NCBI GenBank assembly: GCA_050736615.1
Contig: JBOHWL010000111.1
Coordinates: 1 to 63,796, forward strand
DNA: 63,796 bases
Direction of reading: 5' to 3'
Source of the DNA: Candidatus Binataceae bacterium
GTDB lineage: Bacteria > Desulfobacterota > Binatia > Binatales > Binataceae
The notes below the pieces were generated by a model. It had not been told where the DNA came from. It worked only from the letters and a program-made list of their open reading frames with translations, and searched no databases. Below are positions 8,522-17,834 of the stretch, in pieces (the stretch's first letter is position 1; each line of letters starts with the position of its first letter). The position numbers and the translations under genes were made by a program.

Positions 8522-9661
8522 GTGGCACAATGGCATCTGATTACCGGTGAATACCCGCCCGATAGCGGCGGCGTTGGCGATTATTCGCGTCAGATCGCGG
8601 TCGCGCTGGCTGCCGCCGGCGACCAGGTTCATGTGTGGGTGCCCGCTTCCAGTCAAGCGAATTCGAGCGAGTCCGGCGTCGAATTGCATCGGAGGCCCGG
8701 GCACCTGGGATTAAACCTGAGTCGCCTGTCACGCACGCTGGCCGGTTCCGACAGCGCACGCCTGCTGGTGCAATACGCTCCGCATGCGTTCGGGTTTAGG
8801 GCGATGAATCTGCCGTTTTGCCTTTGGCTGTATGTCCATCGCCACCGTGTTCCGATCGACGTGATGTTCCATGAAGTGGCGTTTCCGATTCGTCGCGGGC
8901 AACCTGTCCGGCACAACCTGCTTGGCGCTGTGCAGCGGGCGATGGCGATGCTGGCGGCGCGAGCGGCTGATCGTATCTTCGTGGCGTCCGCGGCATGGAG
9001 TGAACGGTTGAAACCGCTGCTGGCGCGTCCGCGCGATGTCATCTGGCTACCCGTGCCGAGCAACATTCCAGTGACGGAAGATCGCTGCGCGGTCGCGGCC
9101 GTCCGCCGCCGCTATGCGGATGAACACGGTCTCATCCTGGGCCACTTCGGCACCTATCGAGCCGATATCGCGCGGAGCCTCATGGAGGTGATTCCCGCCG
9201 TGATGCGTGAGCATCAAAATCTGGCGCTGCTGTTGAGCGGATACAAGAGCTTCGCTTTTCGCGCGCGCTTATTGAATACGCATCCCGATCTTAACGCGCG
9301 CGTGCATGCGACGGGACGGCTGGAAGCGACGCGCTTGTCGTGCGTGTTGAGCGCATGCGACGTGATGTTGCAGCCGTATCCGGATGGTGTGGATACGCGC
9401 CGCGGCAGCATGATGGCGGTGCTGGCCCATGGCCGTGCGACGGTGGCGAATTTGGGGAGCCTGAGCGAACCATTGTGGCGGGACGAAGGCGTGATCGCGG
9501 TTGAGGACGACGCCGACGCGATGGCTGCGGCGGTGAAGCGCCTGCTGGCCGATGAATCCTTGCGGCGGCGGATGGAAGTGTCGGCGCGCCATCTGTATCA
9601 ACGTTTTGACCTCAGCCATACTATCGCGGCAGTTCGTGCGGTTACGTGCGCATCGCAATAG
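8522..9661 (+). CDS. glycosyltransferase, GT4 family
   Basis: Track ORF 8429..9661. A GTG at 8522 gives (M)AQWHLITGEYPPDSGGVGDY, a typical GT4 N-terminus. ATG 8483 is an alternative start. Confidence 0.75.
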   Translation: MAQWHLITGEYPPDSGGVGDYSRQIAVALAAAGDQVHVWVPASSQANSSESGVELHRRPGHLGLNLSRLSRTLAGSDSARLLVQYAPHAFGFRAMNLPFCLWLYVHRHRVPIDVMFHEVAFPIRRGQPVRHNLLGAVQRAMAMLAARAADRIFVASAAWSERLKPLLARPRDVIWLPVPSNIPVTEDRCAVAAVRRRYADEHGLILGHFGTYRADIARSLMEVIPAVMREHQNLALLLSGYKSFAFRARLLNTHPDLNARVHATGRLEATRLSCVLSACDVMLQPYPDGVDTRRGSMMAVLAHGRATVANLGSLSEPLWRDEGVIAVEDDADAMAAAVKRLLADESLRRRMEVSARHLYQRFDLSHTIAAVRAVTCASQ

Positions 9662-10932
9662 TCAATCGCTATCGCAGTATAATCGGCGGCGTCGAAAGTT
9701 ATCTCGATTGCGTAATGCTGCAGTTGGATTACGCGGGCCATCAAATCGCATTTTTATATGAACAGGACGGCTCCGAGCGGCATGCCCGGATTGCAATTCC
9801 TCCCAGCGCGACCGTCTGGCGCCTGGCGGACGCGAATGTCAGCGCGATAGCCGCGCTGAAAGACTGGCGTCCAGACCTTATCTATGTGCATGGGGTCGCC
9901 GATCTGGAGACTGAAGCCGAGTTGATTGAACTCGCGCCCGCCGTATTTTTCGCGCACGCGTATACGGGCACCTGTGTTGCTGGTGAGAAAGCCTTCAAGT
10001 TTCCGCGCGCACGGCCATGTGAACGGCGCTTCGGCTGGCAATGTTTGACGCATTACTATCCGCGCCGATGCGGCGGATTGAATCCGCGCACAATGATGGC
10101 GGAATACGCGCGTCAGTCGGCGCGGCTCGCTTTGCTCCGGCGCTATGACGCGATCGTGACCGCATCGGCATTTATGCGCGCCGAGTATGCGCGCCATGGT
10201 TTCGAGTGCGTATACCAGGTCGGGCTGCCGCTGCCGCGAGGCGGGCAGGACATTCCGCCGCGAGTGGTGGAAGATACGGCTGCTCGCGACAAGGACCCCC
10301 GTTATTGGCGCCTGTTATTTGCCGGCCGCATGATGCCACTCAAAGGTGGCGCGATGCTGCTCGAAGCACTGCCTCAAGCCGCCGCCGTTTTGGCTCGTCC
10401 GCTCAAGCTTGCGTTCGCGGGTGACGGTCCGGCGCGCGCGGCATGGGAAGCCAAGGCGCGGGGCCTCGAGGCGCGCCATTCTTCGCTTAAAATTAACTTC
10501 ACGGGCTGGGTCGCGCATGATCAATTGGCCGGACTCTACCAGGACGCGGATTTGCTGGTGATGCCGAGTCTGTGGCCGGAGCCGTTTGGCCTGAGCGGAG
10601 CGGAAGCCGGGCTTTACGGCCTTCCCACCGTCGCTTACGCGGTGGGCGGGATTCCGGAGTGGCTGCACGACGGCGTCAACGGTCATCTGGCGCCGGCTGA
10701 TCCGCCCACCACCGCCGGGCTGGCGGACGCGATTATCGCCTGTCTGCGCGATCGCGATCATTATCAGCGGCTTTGCGAGGGCGCGCGAGTAAGCAGTCGC
10801 AGGATGACTATTTCCAACCACCTGGGGCGCTTGCTGGAAGTCTTCTCCGCAGTTCGACAGGGCGTTGGAAGAAATCGGATTGGCAAATTACGACCGAATG
10901 ATTATGCCGTTCAACCCCGCGGGGTGGATTAA
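9646..10932 (+). CDS. glycosyltransferase, GT4 family (with a 4-Cys insertion)
   Basis: GTG start giving (M)RIAIVNRYRSIIGGVESY. C-terminal signature PSLWPEPFGLSGAEAGLYGLPTVAYAVGGIPEWLHDGVNG. It overlaps the previous gene by 16 nt. Confidence 0.8.
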   Translation: MRIAIVNRYRSIIGGVESYLDCVMLQLDYAGHQIAFLYEQDGSERHARIAIPPSATVWRLADANVSAIAALKDWRPDLIYVHGVADLETEAELIELAPAVFFAHAYTGTCVAGEKAFKFPRARPCERRFGWQCLTHYYPRRCGGLNPRTMMAEYARQSARLALLRRYDAIVTASAFMRAEYARHGFECVYQVGLPLPRGGQDIPPRVVEDTAARDKDPRYWRLLFAGRMMPLKGGAMLLEALPQAAAVLARPLKLAFAGDGPARAAWEAKARGLEARHSSLKINFTGWVAHDQLAGLYQDADLLVMPSLWPEPFGLSGAEAGLYGLPTVAYAVGGIPEWLHDGVNGHLAPADPPTTAGLADAIIACLRDRDHYQRLCEGARVSSRRMTISNHLGRLLEVFSAVRQGVGRNRIGKLRPNDYAVQPRGVD

Positions 10933-11800
10933 AAATAGGCTCGCGATGGGATTCTTTGAGCGAGCGGCGGCGTTGGTCCCGGCCAGGGTGTTAATGCGGA
11001 TGCGGCGCCTGTCATGGCGTCATCCGCGCCTCAAGCGCATGGTCGGAATCCTTGCGCAGAGTCTGCGCGGCCGCGATGGCACCATTCAGCGCGGTATCGG
11101 ACAAGGTTTGCGTTTTAACATCGGCGCGTCGGAGGCGAGCTTTTTGCTCGGCGTGTCGAAACCCCATCTGCAACACGCGTTGCAACAGGCATTGCGTCCG
11201 AATCAGATTTTCTACGATATCGGCGCGAATGTTGGTTTCTTCTCTCTCATCGGCGCGCGCCTGGTTGGTGACGAAGGCCGCGTAATCGCCTTTGAACCGT
11301 TGCCTGCGAATGCCGAAATGATCGAGCGTAACGCCGCGGCCAATGCGTTTATGAATATCGCGGTGATGCGCTTTGCGCTCGGCCGTCAGGACGGTGAGGC
11401 GCGGTTCATGCTCTCGGAACGGCCGACCTGGGGAAAACTGGCCGAGATTGGTACGAAACCCGACCGCTATTGCGGTGAGATCGTGGTGCCGATCCGTAAA
11501 CTGGACAGTGTGGTCGAATCCGCGCGGCTGGCGCCGCCCGACGTGATCAAAATCGACGTCGAGGGCGCCGAAATTGACGTGCTGTCCGGCGCGCGCATGA
11601 CGATTGCCGCCAGCAGGCCGGTTTTCCTGATTGAATTGCATGGCACGAACGTCGCGGTCGAACGGATTTTAAGCGACTACGGCTATGTGACGACGGTACT
11701 TGGCACGACGGACACGGTCGCGGACGCTCATTGGAATTGTCACGTGCTGGCGCTGCCAAACGAGAAAAAATCGGCGCTGCTCGAGGCGGCTCAAGCATGA
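10898..11800 (+). CDS. FkbM-family methyltransferase
   Basis: FYDIGANVGFFSL ... VIAFEPLPANAEMIERN ... IKIDVEGAEIDVLSGA are hallmarks of Methyltransf_21/FkbM. The start is uncertain (TTG 10865, ATG 10898, 10904 or 10946). Confidence 0.8.
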   Translation: MIMPFNPAGWIKNRLAMGFFERAAALVPARVLMRMRRLSWRHPRLKRMVGILAQSLRGRDGTIQRGIGQGLRFNIGASEASFLLGVSKPHLQHALQQALRPNQIFYDIGANVGFFSLIGARLVGDEGRVIAFEPLPANAEMIERNAAANAFMNIAVMRFALGRQDGEARFMLSERPTWGKLAEIGTKPDRYCGEIVVPIRKLDSVVESARLAPPDVIKIDVEGAEIDVLSGARMTIAASRPVFLIELHGTNVAVERILSDYGYVTTVLGTTDTVADAHWNCHVLALPNEKKSALLEAAQA

Positions 11801-11882
11801 CGGCGCCGCAGGCACCGCGCACAACCGCGCTTATCCGGATTCGTCCGATGACCGATTCGCTCCGCTTATGTGAACAACGCTG

Positions 11883-13031
11883 GTGCCTAAAAAACCACGC
11901 CGCCTGCTGACTATCGCGCATTCGTATGTAGTCGCGCTCAACCGCCGTCTGGCGCATGAACTTGCCCGCGCCGGCGGCGGCGATTGGGAAGTAACCGCGG
12001 TCGCGCCATCATTCTTTCACGGCGATCTGCGGCCGATAGAATTGGAGCGTCACGCCGGCGAAGCTTGCCATTTGGAGCCGGTGCATGCCTTCATGACCCG
12101 GCACATTCACTGCTTCGTTTATGGTCCGCGGTTGCGCGCGATTCTGCGGCAATCCTGGAATTTGGTGCACTGCTGGGAAGAGCCGTACATCCTGGCCGGA
12201 GGTCAAATTGCGTGGTGGACGCCGCGGCGGACTCCTTACGTTTTCTGGACCGGGCAGACCTTGCTCAAGCCCTATCCACCGCCGTTCTCGATGATCGAAC
12301 GCTACTGTTTGGAACGCTGCAGCGGCTGGATGGCGCGCGGCGAGTTGGGAGTGGCCGCGATGTTGCGGCGTGGTTACGGATGCAGGCCACATCGCGTATT
12401 TCCGCTTGGCGTCGACACGTCCCGCTTTTGTCCCGACGCCGCTGCACGCGGAGAAGTTCGCGAATGGTTGGGGTGGACCGATTCCACCCCGGTGGTGGGA
12501 TTCGCCGGCCGTTTTGTCGAAGAAAAAGGCCTTGCGCTGTTGATGCGCGTGCTTGATCGCGTCCGCGCGCCGTGGCGCATGCTGTTCCTTGGTGGCGGCC
12601 CGATGGAAGCGGACATCCGCGCGTGGGCCGCGCGTTACGATGACCGCGTCCGCATCGTCAAGGTTATCCACGACGAGGTGCCGCGATACCTGAACGCGAT
12701 TGATCTGTTATGCGCCCCCAGCCAGACGACCGCGCGATGGCGGGAGATTTTTGGCCGCATGCTGATCGAGGCGTTCGCTTCCAGGGTCGCGGTCATCGCT
12801 TCGAGCAGCGGCGAAATTCCCAACGTGGTCAAGGACGCCGGAGTGATCGTCGGCGAGCAGGATGAGGACGGCTGGGTGTGCGAGCTCGAGCGGATGCTGG
12901 ATGATTCGCGGGCGCGCATGGAGATTGCGCGGCGCGGATTCGAAAGAGCGCATGCGGTTTACGCCTGGCCCGTGGTGGCGCGCCATCACCTGGAATTCTT
13001 CGCCGAGTTGCTGGAGCGGGCGGCCGCTTGA
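11883..13031 (+). CDS. glycosyltransferase, GT4 family
   Basis: GTG start. (M)PKKPRRLLTIAHSYVV.. and C-terminal ..FGRMLIEAFASRVAVIASSSGEIPNVV. Confidence 0.8.
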   Translation: MPKKPRRLLTIAHSYVVALNRRLAHELARAGGGDWEVTAVAPSFFHGDLRPIELERHAGEACHLEPVHAFMTRHIHCFVYGPRLRAILRQSWNLVHCWEEPYILAGGQIAWWTPRRTPYVFWTGQTLLKPYPPPFSMIERYCLERCSGWMARGELGVAAMLRRGYGCRPHRVFPLGVDTSRFCPDAAARGEVREWLGWTDSTPVVGFAGRFVEEKGLALLMRVLDRVRAPWRMLFLGGGPMEADIRAWAARYDDRVRIVKVIHDEVPRYLNAIDLLCAPSQTTARWREIFGRMLIEAFASRVAVIASSSGEIPNVVKDAGVIVGEQDEDGWVCELERMLDDSRARMEIARRGFERAHAVYAWPVVARHHLEFFAELLERAAA

Positions 13032-13032
13032 G

Positions 13033-14190
13033 ATGGCCGGCGATGCGCGTATCGCGCTGGTATGCGATTTTCTCGAGGAAAACTGGCCCAGCATGGACCT
13101 GGTTGCGAATATGTTGTTTCAGGCCCTGACGAACTGCCATGCACATGAGTTCACCTTCGCATGTATCCGGCCACGGTTCATTCGGCGCCTGACGCGCGTT
13201 CCTCGGGCACGAAACTGGCGCGCGGCGCACAACGTCGATCGGGTTCTCAATCGATTTGTTCACTATCCGCGGGTGATTCGCCGCCGTCGCGCCGATTTCG
13301 ACCTTTTTCATGTAATCGATCACAGCTATGCGCATTTGGTGCGGGAGGTGCCGCAGGGCAGGGCCGTCGTAACTTGCCATGACCTTGACGCCTTCAACCC
13401 GCTGCTCGATGCAGCGCGTACGCCGCGCGCATGGCTGATGGCGGTGATGGCGCGGCGCATCCTCGACGGTCTGCGTCAGGCGGCGGCGGTTGTTTGTGGG
13501 AGTGGCGTAACGCGCGACGGATTGTTACGCAACCATATCCTGGCGCCTGAGCGGCTTACGGTTGTGCACTATGGCACGCATCCGGAGTTTTCGCCCGGCC
13601 CGAATCCGTCCACGGACGCCGAAGCGGAGCGGTTGCTCGGACCCAGCGACATCGACGCGCCCGAACTGCTTCACGTTGGGAGTACCGTCGCACGCAAGCG
13701 CATCGACATTTTGATGCGCGCCTTCGCGGCCTTTCGCCAACAACATCCGCGCGCCCGTTTGATTCGCGCTGGCGGCGCTTTGCATCCCGGCCAAGAAAAG
13801 CTTGCCGCGGAGTTGGGCATCCGCGAGGCGATAACCTCCCTGCCGTTTATCAGCAATGCGGTCCTGGCGGCGGTATATCGGCGCGCCACGGCGTTGCTGG
13901 TCACGTCGGAAGCGGAAGGCTTCTGTTTGCCGATCACGGAAGCGATGACATGCGGCACACCTGTCATCGCGAGCGACCTTCCAGCTCTGCGCGAGGCCGG
14001 CGGCGAGGCCGCTTGCTATGTACCTGCCGGTGACCTGAGCCGTTATGCAAACGCGCTCGAGACAATTGCGTTGCAACGCATGGGATGGCTGCGATCTCAC
14101 AGGCGCGCGGCCGGCCTGGCCCACGCAGCGAAATTCTCCTGGAGCGATAACGCCGCCATGATGTGCGCCATTTATCGACAGGTGCTCTGA
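13033..14190 (+). CDS. glycosyltransferase, GT4 family
   Basis: Track ORF 12862..14190. ATG 13033 lies 1 nt after the upstream stop and gives MAGDARIALVCDFLEENWPSMD. C-terminus: SEAEGFCLPITEAMTCGTPVIASDLPALRE. Confidence 0.8.
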   Translation: MAGDARIALVCDFLEENWPSMDLVANMLFQALTNCHAHEFTFACIRPRFIRRLTRVPRARNWRAAHNVDRVLNRFVHYPRVIRRRRADFDLFHVIDHSYAHLVREVPQGRAVVTCHDLDAFNPLLDAARTPRAWLMAVMARRILDGLRQAAAVVCGSGVTRDGLLRNHILAPERLTVVHYGTHPEFSPGPNPSTDAEAERLLGPSDIDAPELLHVGSTVARKRIDILMRAFAAFRQQHPRARLIRAGGALHPGQEKLAAELGIREAITSLPFISNAVLAAVYRRATALLVTSEAEGFCLPITEAMTCGTPVIASDLPALREAGGEAACYVPAGDLSRYANALETIALQRMGWLRSHRRAAGLAHAAKFSWSDNAAMMCAIYRQVL

Positions 14191-14303
14191 AAAGGGCCTT
14201 GAAGCGGAAGTTATTTCGCCGTGCTTCCAGTAACTTAAACGAACATTTTCGCTTGAATCTTCATTGTGGCTAGCTTTAGAATTGGATTGCGAAGGGTTCG
14301 GCT

Positions 14304-15323
14304 ATGAAAGTGGTGATTACAGGAGGTGCCGGATTTATCGGCAGCAACGCGGCAAGCCGCTTCCTTCGGCGTGATAACGAAGTGGTGGTGGTGGATAATC
14401 TTTCGCGGCAAGGAGCTTGCCGCAACCTCGAATGGCTTCAGGGGCAGGGGCGGCTGTCTTTCCATCAGCTCGATATCCGCGACGCGGCGGGAGTCGCGAA
14501 CATCTTTAAGCAACATCGCGATGCCGGCTTAATCCTGCATTTGGCCGCGCAGGTCGCGGTCACCACATCCGTGGCCGACCCGCGGCTCGATTTTGAAGTA
14601 AATGTACTTGGCACGCTCAACGTACTTGAAGGCGTACGGCTGGCGGGGAGCGCGGCTCCGTTCATCTATTCGTCTTCTAACAAGGTGTACGGCCAGTTGA
14701 GTGACATCGCGATTGCCCGCACCAACGGGCACTGCACCTTCACCCGTTTCAGACATGGAATTTCGGAGCGGCGCAATCTGGACTTTCACTCGCCGTATGG
14801 TTGTTCGAAGGGCGCCGCCGACCAATATGTGCGCGACTACCATCGGATTTTCGGGCTCAACACGGTTGTGATGCGTCAGTCATGCATTTATGGCCGACGC
14901 CAGTTCGGAATCGAGGATCAGGGTTGGGTTGCCTGGTTTGCGCTCGCGGCCGAGTCCGGCAAAAGTCTCACAATTTACGGCGATGGCCATCAGGTCCGCG
15001 ATATTTTACATGTTGACGATCTCGTTGACGCGTTCGAAGCGGCGGCGCACAACATCAGGATTGCGGCCGGTGCCGTTTACAATATCGGCGGCGGACCGGA
15101 GAACACGGTGTCGCTGCTTGAAGTGCTCGAGTTTATCGAGAGACGCCGCGGCTCTCCATTGAGTTATCGCCATGTCCCCGAGCGCCCGGGCGATCAGCGC
15201 GTCTATATCAGCGATGTTCGCCAGGCCCGATGCGAACTGGGGTGGTATCCGCGGATCGGATGGCGGACGGGTCTCAACGACCTTTGCGCGTGGATCAGCC
15301 GTAATCGCGAGCAGTTTCAGTAA
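14304..15323 (+). CDS. NAD-dependent epimerase/dehydratase (extended SDR, CDP-paratose 2-epimerase-like)
   Basis: MKVVITGGAGFIGSN (GxxGxxG), SSSNKVYG and YGCSKGAADQY (YxxxK). Confidence 0.85.
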   Translation: MKVVITGGAGFIGSNAASRFLRRDNEVVVVDNLSRQGACRNLEWLQGQGRLSFHQLDIRDAAGVANIFKQHRDAGLILHLAAQVAVTTSVADPRLDFEVNVLGTLNVLEGVRLAGSAAPFIYSSSNKVYGQLSDIAIARTNGHCTFTRFRHGISERRNLDFHSPYGCSKGAADQYVRDYHRIFGLNTVVMRQSCIYGRRQFGIEDQGWVAWFALAAESGKSLTIYGDGHQVRDILHVDDLVDAFEAAAHNIRIAAGAVYNIGGGPENTVSLLEVLEFIERRRGSPLSYRHVPERPGDQRVYISDVRQARCELGWYPRIGWRTGLNDLCAWISRNREQFQ

Positions 15324-15333
15324 GCCGAACTCT

Positions 15334-16470
15334 TTGCATGTTCTCCAAATCGGTAAGTTCTATCCGCCGCATATGGGCGGAATGGAAACCCATTTGCACG
15401 CGTTATGCGGTGAATTAAGTAAATCCGCCATTGTGGACGTGATCGTCGCCAATGACGGCCGCTTTGATGCGGCCGGACTCGTGGATGGCGTGAAGGTCAT
15501 GCGTGCCGCGCGATGGTGCACAGTCAGTTCAGCCCCGGTATGTCCGGGCATGGTTCGGTATATTCGCAAAAGTCCGGCGGCGATCGTCCATCTGCACCTG
15601 CCCAATCCGGCGGCGATGCTGGCGTACCAATTGAGCCGCCATCGCGGTCACCTAATCCTTACCTGGCATAGTGACATCGTGCGTCAGCACAGGATAATGC
15701 GCGTGCTGGGGCCTTTCGAGCATCGCCTGATGCGGCGTGCCGCCGCGTGCATCGTCACTTCGGGGAACTATCTCGACAGCTCGCCGATGCTGCGAGCGTA
15801 TCGCGAACGCGCGCGTGTGATTCCCTATGGGATTGCGCTCGAACGCTTCAGCCGCGCGGAACCAGGTGCGGTGGCGGCGCTGCGCGCGCGCCATGGCCAG
15901 CGCGTCGTGCTCGCGGTCGGCCGCCTGATTTACTACAAGGGCTTCGAATTTTTGATTCGCGCGATGTGCCAGGTGAACGCCGTCTTGCTGCTCATCGGCG
16001 ACGGCCCGTTGCGCCGGCCGCTTGAGCGCGAAGCGCACGCGCTCGGCGTCGGCGAGCGCGTGCATTTTGTGGGTGAATTGCAGAATGACGCGACGGCGGC
16101 TTACTATCACGCCGCCGACGTTTTCGTACTGCCCTCGGTCGCGCGCAGTGAAGCGTTTGGGATCGTGCAACTCGAAGCGATGGCCGCGGGCAGGCCGGTC
16201 ATCAACACGCGGATTGATTCGGGCGTGCCTTATGTTTCCATCGACGGTGTCACCGGACTGACGGTGGCGCCGCGCGCGCCCGAGACGCTGGCCGGGGCCA
16301 TCAATCGTCTGCTCGACGACACCGCCTTGCGCGCCCAGTATGGGGCCGCCGCCGCGCGCCGGGTGCGCGAAGAGTTTTCACTCGACCTGATGGCGCGTCG
16401 CACACTCGCGCTCTATCATGAGGTTCTCGGTGACCAGGTGATGAGCGGAGCGCTTAAGCAAGCGGTCTGA
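15334..16470 (+). CDS. glycosyltransferase, GT4 family
   Basis: Track ORF 15172..16470. An in-frame TTG at 15334, just after the epimerase stop, gives (M)HVLQIGKFYPPHMGGMETHL. C-terminus: SEAFGIVQLEAMAAGRPVINT. Confidence 0.8.
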   Translation: MHVLQIGKFYPPHMGGMETHLHALCGELSKSAIVDVIVANDGRFDAAGLVDGVKVMRAARWCTVSSAPVCPGMVRYIRKSPAAIVHLHLPNPAAMLAYQLSRHRGHLILTWHSDIVRQHRIMRVLGPFEHRLMRRAAACIVTSGNYLDSSPMLRAYRERARVIPYGIALERFSRAEPGAVAALRARHGQRVVLAVGRLIYYKGFEFLIRAMCQVNAVLLLIGDGPLRRPLEREAHALGVGERVHFVGELQNDATAAYYHAADVFVLPSVARSEAFGIVQLEAMAAGRPVINTRIDSGVPYVSIDGVTGLTVAPRAPETLAGAINRLLDDTALRAQYGAAAARRVREEFSLDLMARRTLALYHEVLGDQVMSGALKQAV

Positions 16471-16494
16471 ACTCAGCACGCTAAGGCTTCAACT

Positions 16495-17709
16495 CTAACT
16501 GCCAAGTGGCGCCGCGCTGGATTCGGGCGGTTTCTCAACTCCGCAGGTGGCGCAGTTTCCCGCCACGATCATTTCGCACAGCTTGTCCGCGATCAGTTGT
16601 CCCGCCACGCGATGTCCCGTCGCATTCCAATGACCGAATCCCATCGGGGTGTTATCGAAGCCGTGGAGGAAGACGTGATGGCGCTGCGCGTACTTTTGCA
16701 GCGGCGGCGCCAACGTCAGCACGGCGAACCCCTCGCGCGCGCCTAACGCCGCAATCCGCCGGTCAGGATAAAAGAGGTCCGGCACGCCCAGCTTTTCTTC
16801 AAATTTCGCGACCACCCTTGGATTGGGCCACACTTGTATGCCGGTATCTTCGGTGACGGCGAGAAACATCGCGCGATGCCGCGTGACCTCGTGATCCATT
16901 TTCGTCACTAGCCCTTCGGTCACCCGCCATGCCGCTTGCCACGCCGCGTCGGCGGGTGGCTTATAGATGTTGTAATTGATTGCGCGCTCCTGCGGATGTG
17001 CCGGGGTTGGAGCGCGCGGCGGGTTTTTAATGATGTTCCACGCGTTGGTGAACAGGCCGAGCAAACGTGCATCGCGGTAATTGAAGCGCGCCATGCACCA
17101 TAGGCGAAAGCTTTGCGACTGCTCGAATGGCCCGGTCAGGCGCAATTCACCATCGCGGTAAATGTAAAATGGCCGGCATTGATCGCCTTCGAGTGCAACC
17201 GAGTTGTTGCGGATGTCATTACCCAAAAATATCGCCAGCACGACGACATCCGGCGAATAGTTCCAGACCTTGCGTCTGAGCGTAATCAATTCCTGCGCCG
17301 TGCCGTAGCCGTCGACGCCGAAGTTCATCGTTTCGATCTTTTTGCCCGTTAATTCCGGGCAGTCCCGCAAACGTTGTTGAATGATCGCGGTGAACGTTTC
17401 ATTTTGCGGGACTTGCATCGCCTCGACATAGGAATCGCCTAGCACCGCGACCCGAATCGTGCCGGGCGGTTTGGCTTTGGGATAATCGGGTCCGCGGAAG
17501 CCGTCGCGGTTGATGCTGACATAGGCATGGCCCTCGCGGTTGTAGTAGCCCGCCGCTCCCGGCTCAAGGCCCCATCCACGAGCCTGTTCGTAGCAGTAAA
17601 AGTAGGGGAACCAATGATTGGCGATACGGACGCCGACATCGGCGATAATCAACGCCAATACGATGCCAGCTAATACCGAAAGGCTAATTGCAAGTGATTT
17701 TTTGATCAT
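16495..17709 (-). CDS. membrane-anchored SGNH/GDSL-family hydrolase
   Basis: Start placed at MIKKSLAISLSVLAGIVLALII (TM anchor). Block I is VAVLGDSY; later FGVDGYGT and AIFLGNDI follow. It is convergent with the glycan cluster. Confidence 0.7.
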   Translation of the reverse strand: MIKKSLAISLSVLAGIVLALIIADVGVRIANHWFPYFYCYEQARGWGLEPGAAGYYNREGHAYVSINRDGFRGPDYPKAKPPGTIRVAVLGDSYVEAMQVPQNETFTAIIQQRLRDCPELTGKKIETMNFGVDGYGTAQELITLRRKVWNYSPDVVVLAIFLGNDIRNNSVALEGDQCRPFYIYRDGELRLTGPFEQSQSFRLWCMARFNYRDARLLGLFTNAWNIIKNPPRAPTPAHPQERAINYNIYKPPADAAWQAAWRVTEGLVTKMDHEVTRHRAMFLAVTEDTGIQVWPNPRVVAKFEEKLGVPDLFYPDRRIAALGAREGFAVLTLAPPLQKYAQRHHVFLHGFDNTPMGFGHWNATGHRVAGQLIADKLCEMIVAGNCATCGVEKPPESSAAPLGS

Positions 17710-17834
17710 CCAAGCGCGAGCACCGAGAAATCCGGATAGCGGCAGGACATAAGGTCGCAAGTTTTATCGGGCGCGGCCGCCGAGTCAACCGTCGCTGGCG
17801 CAGCCTTGCCGCTCGGACCACGAGCGCTCGTCAA

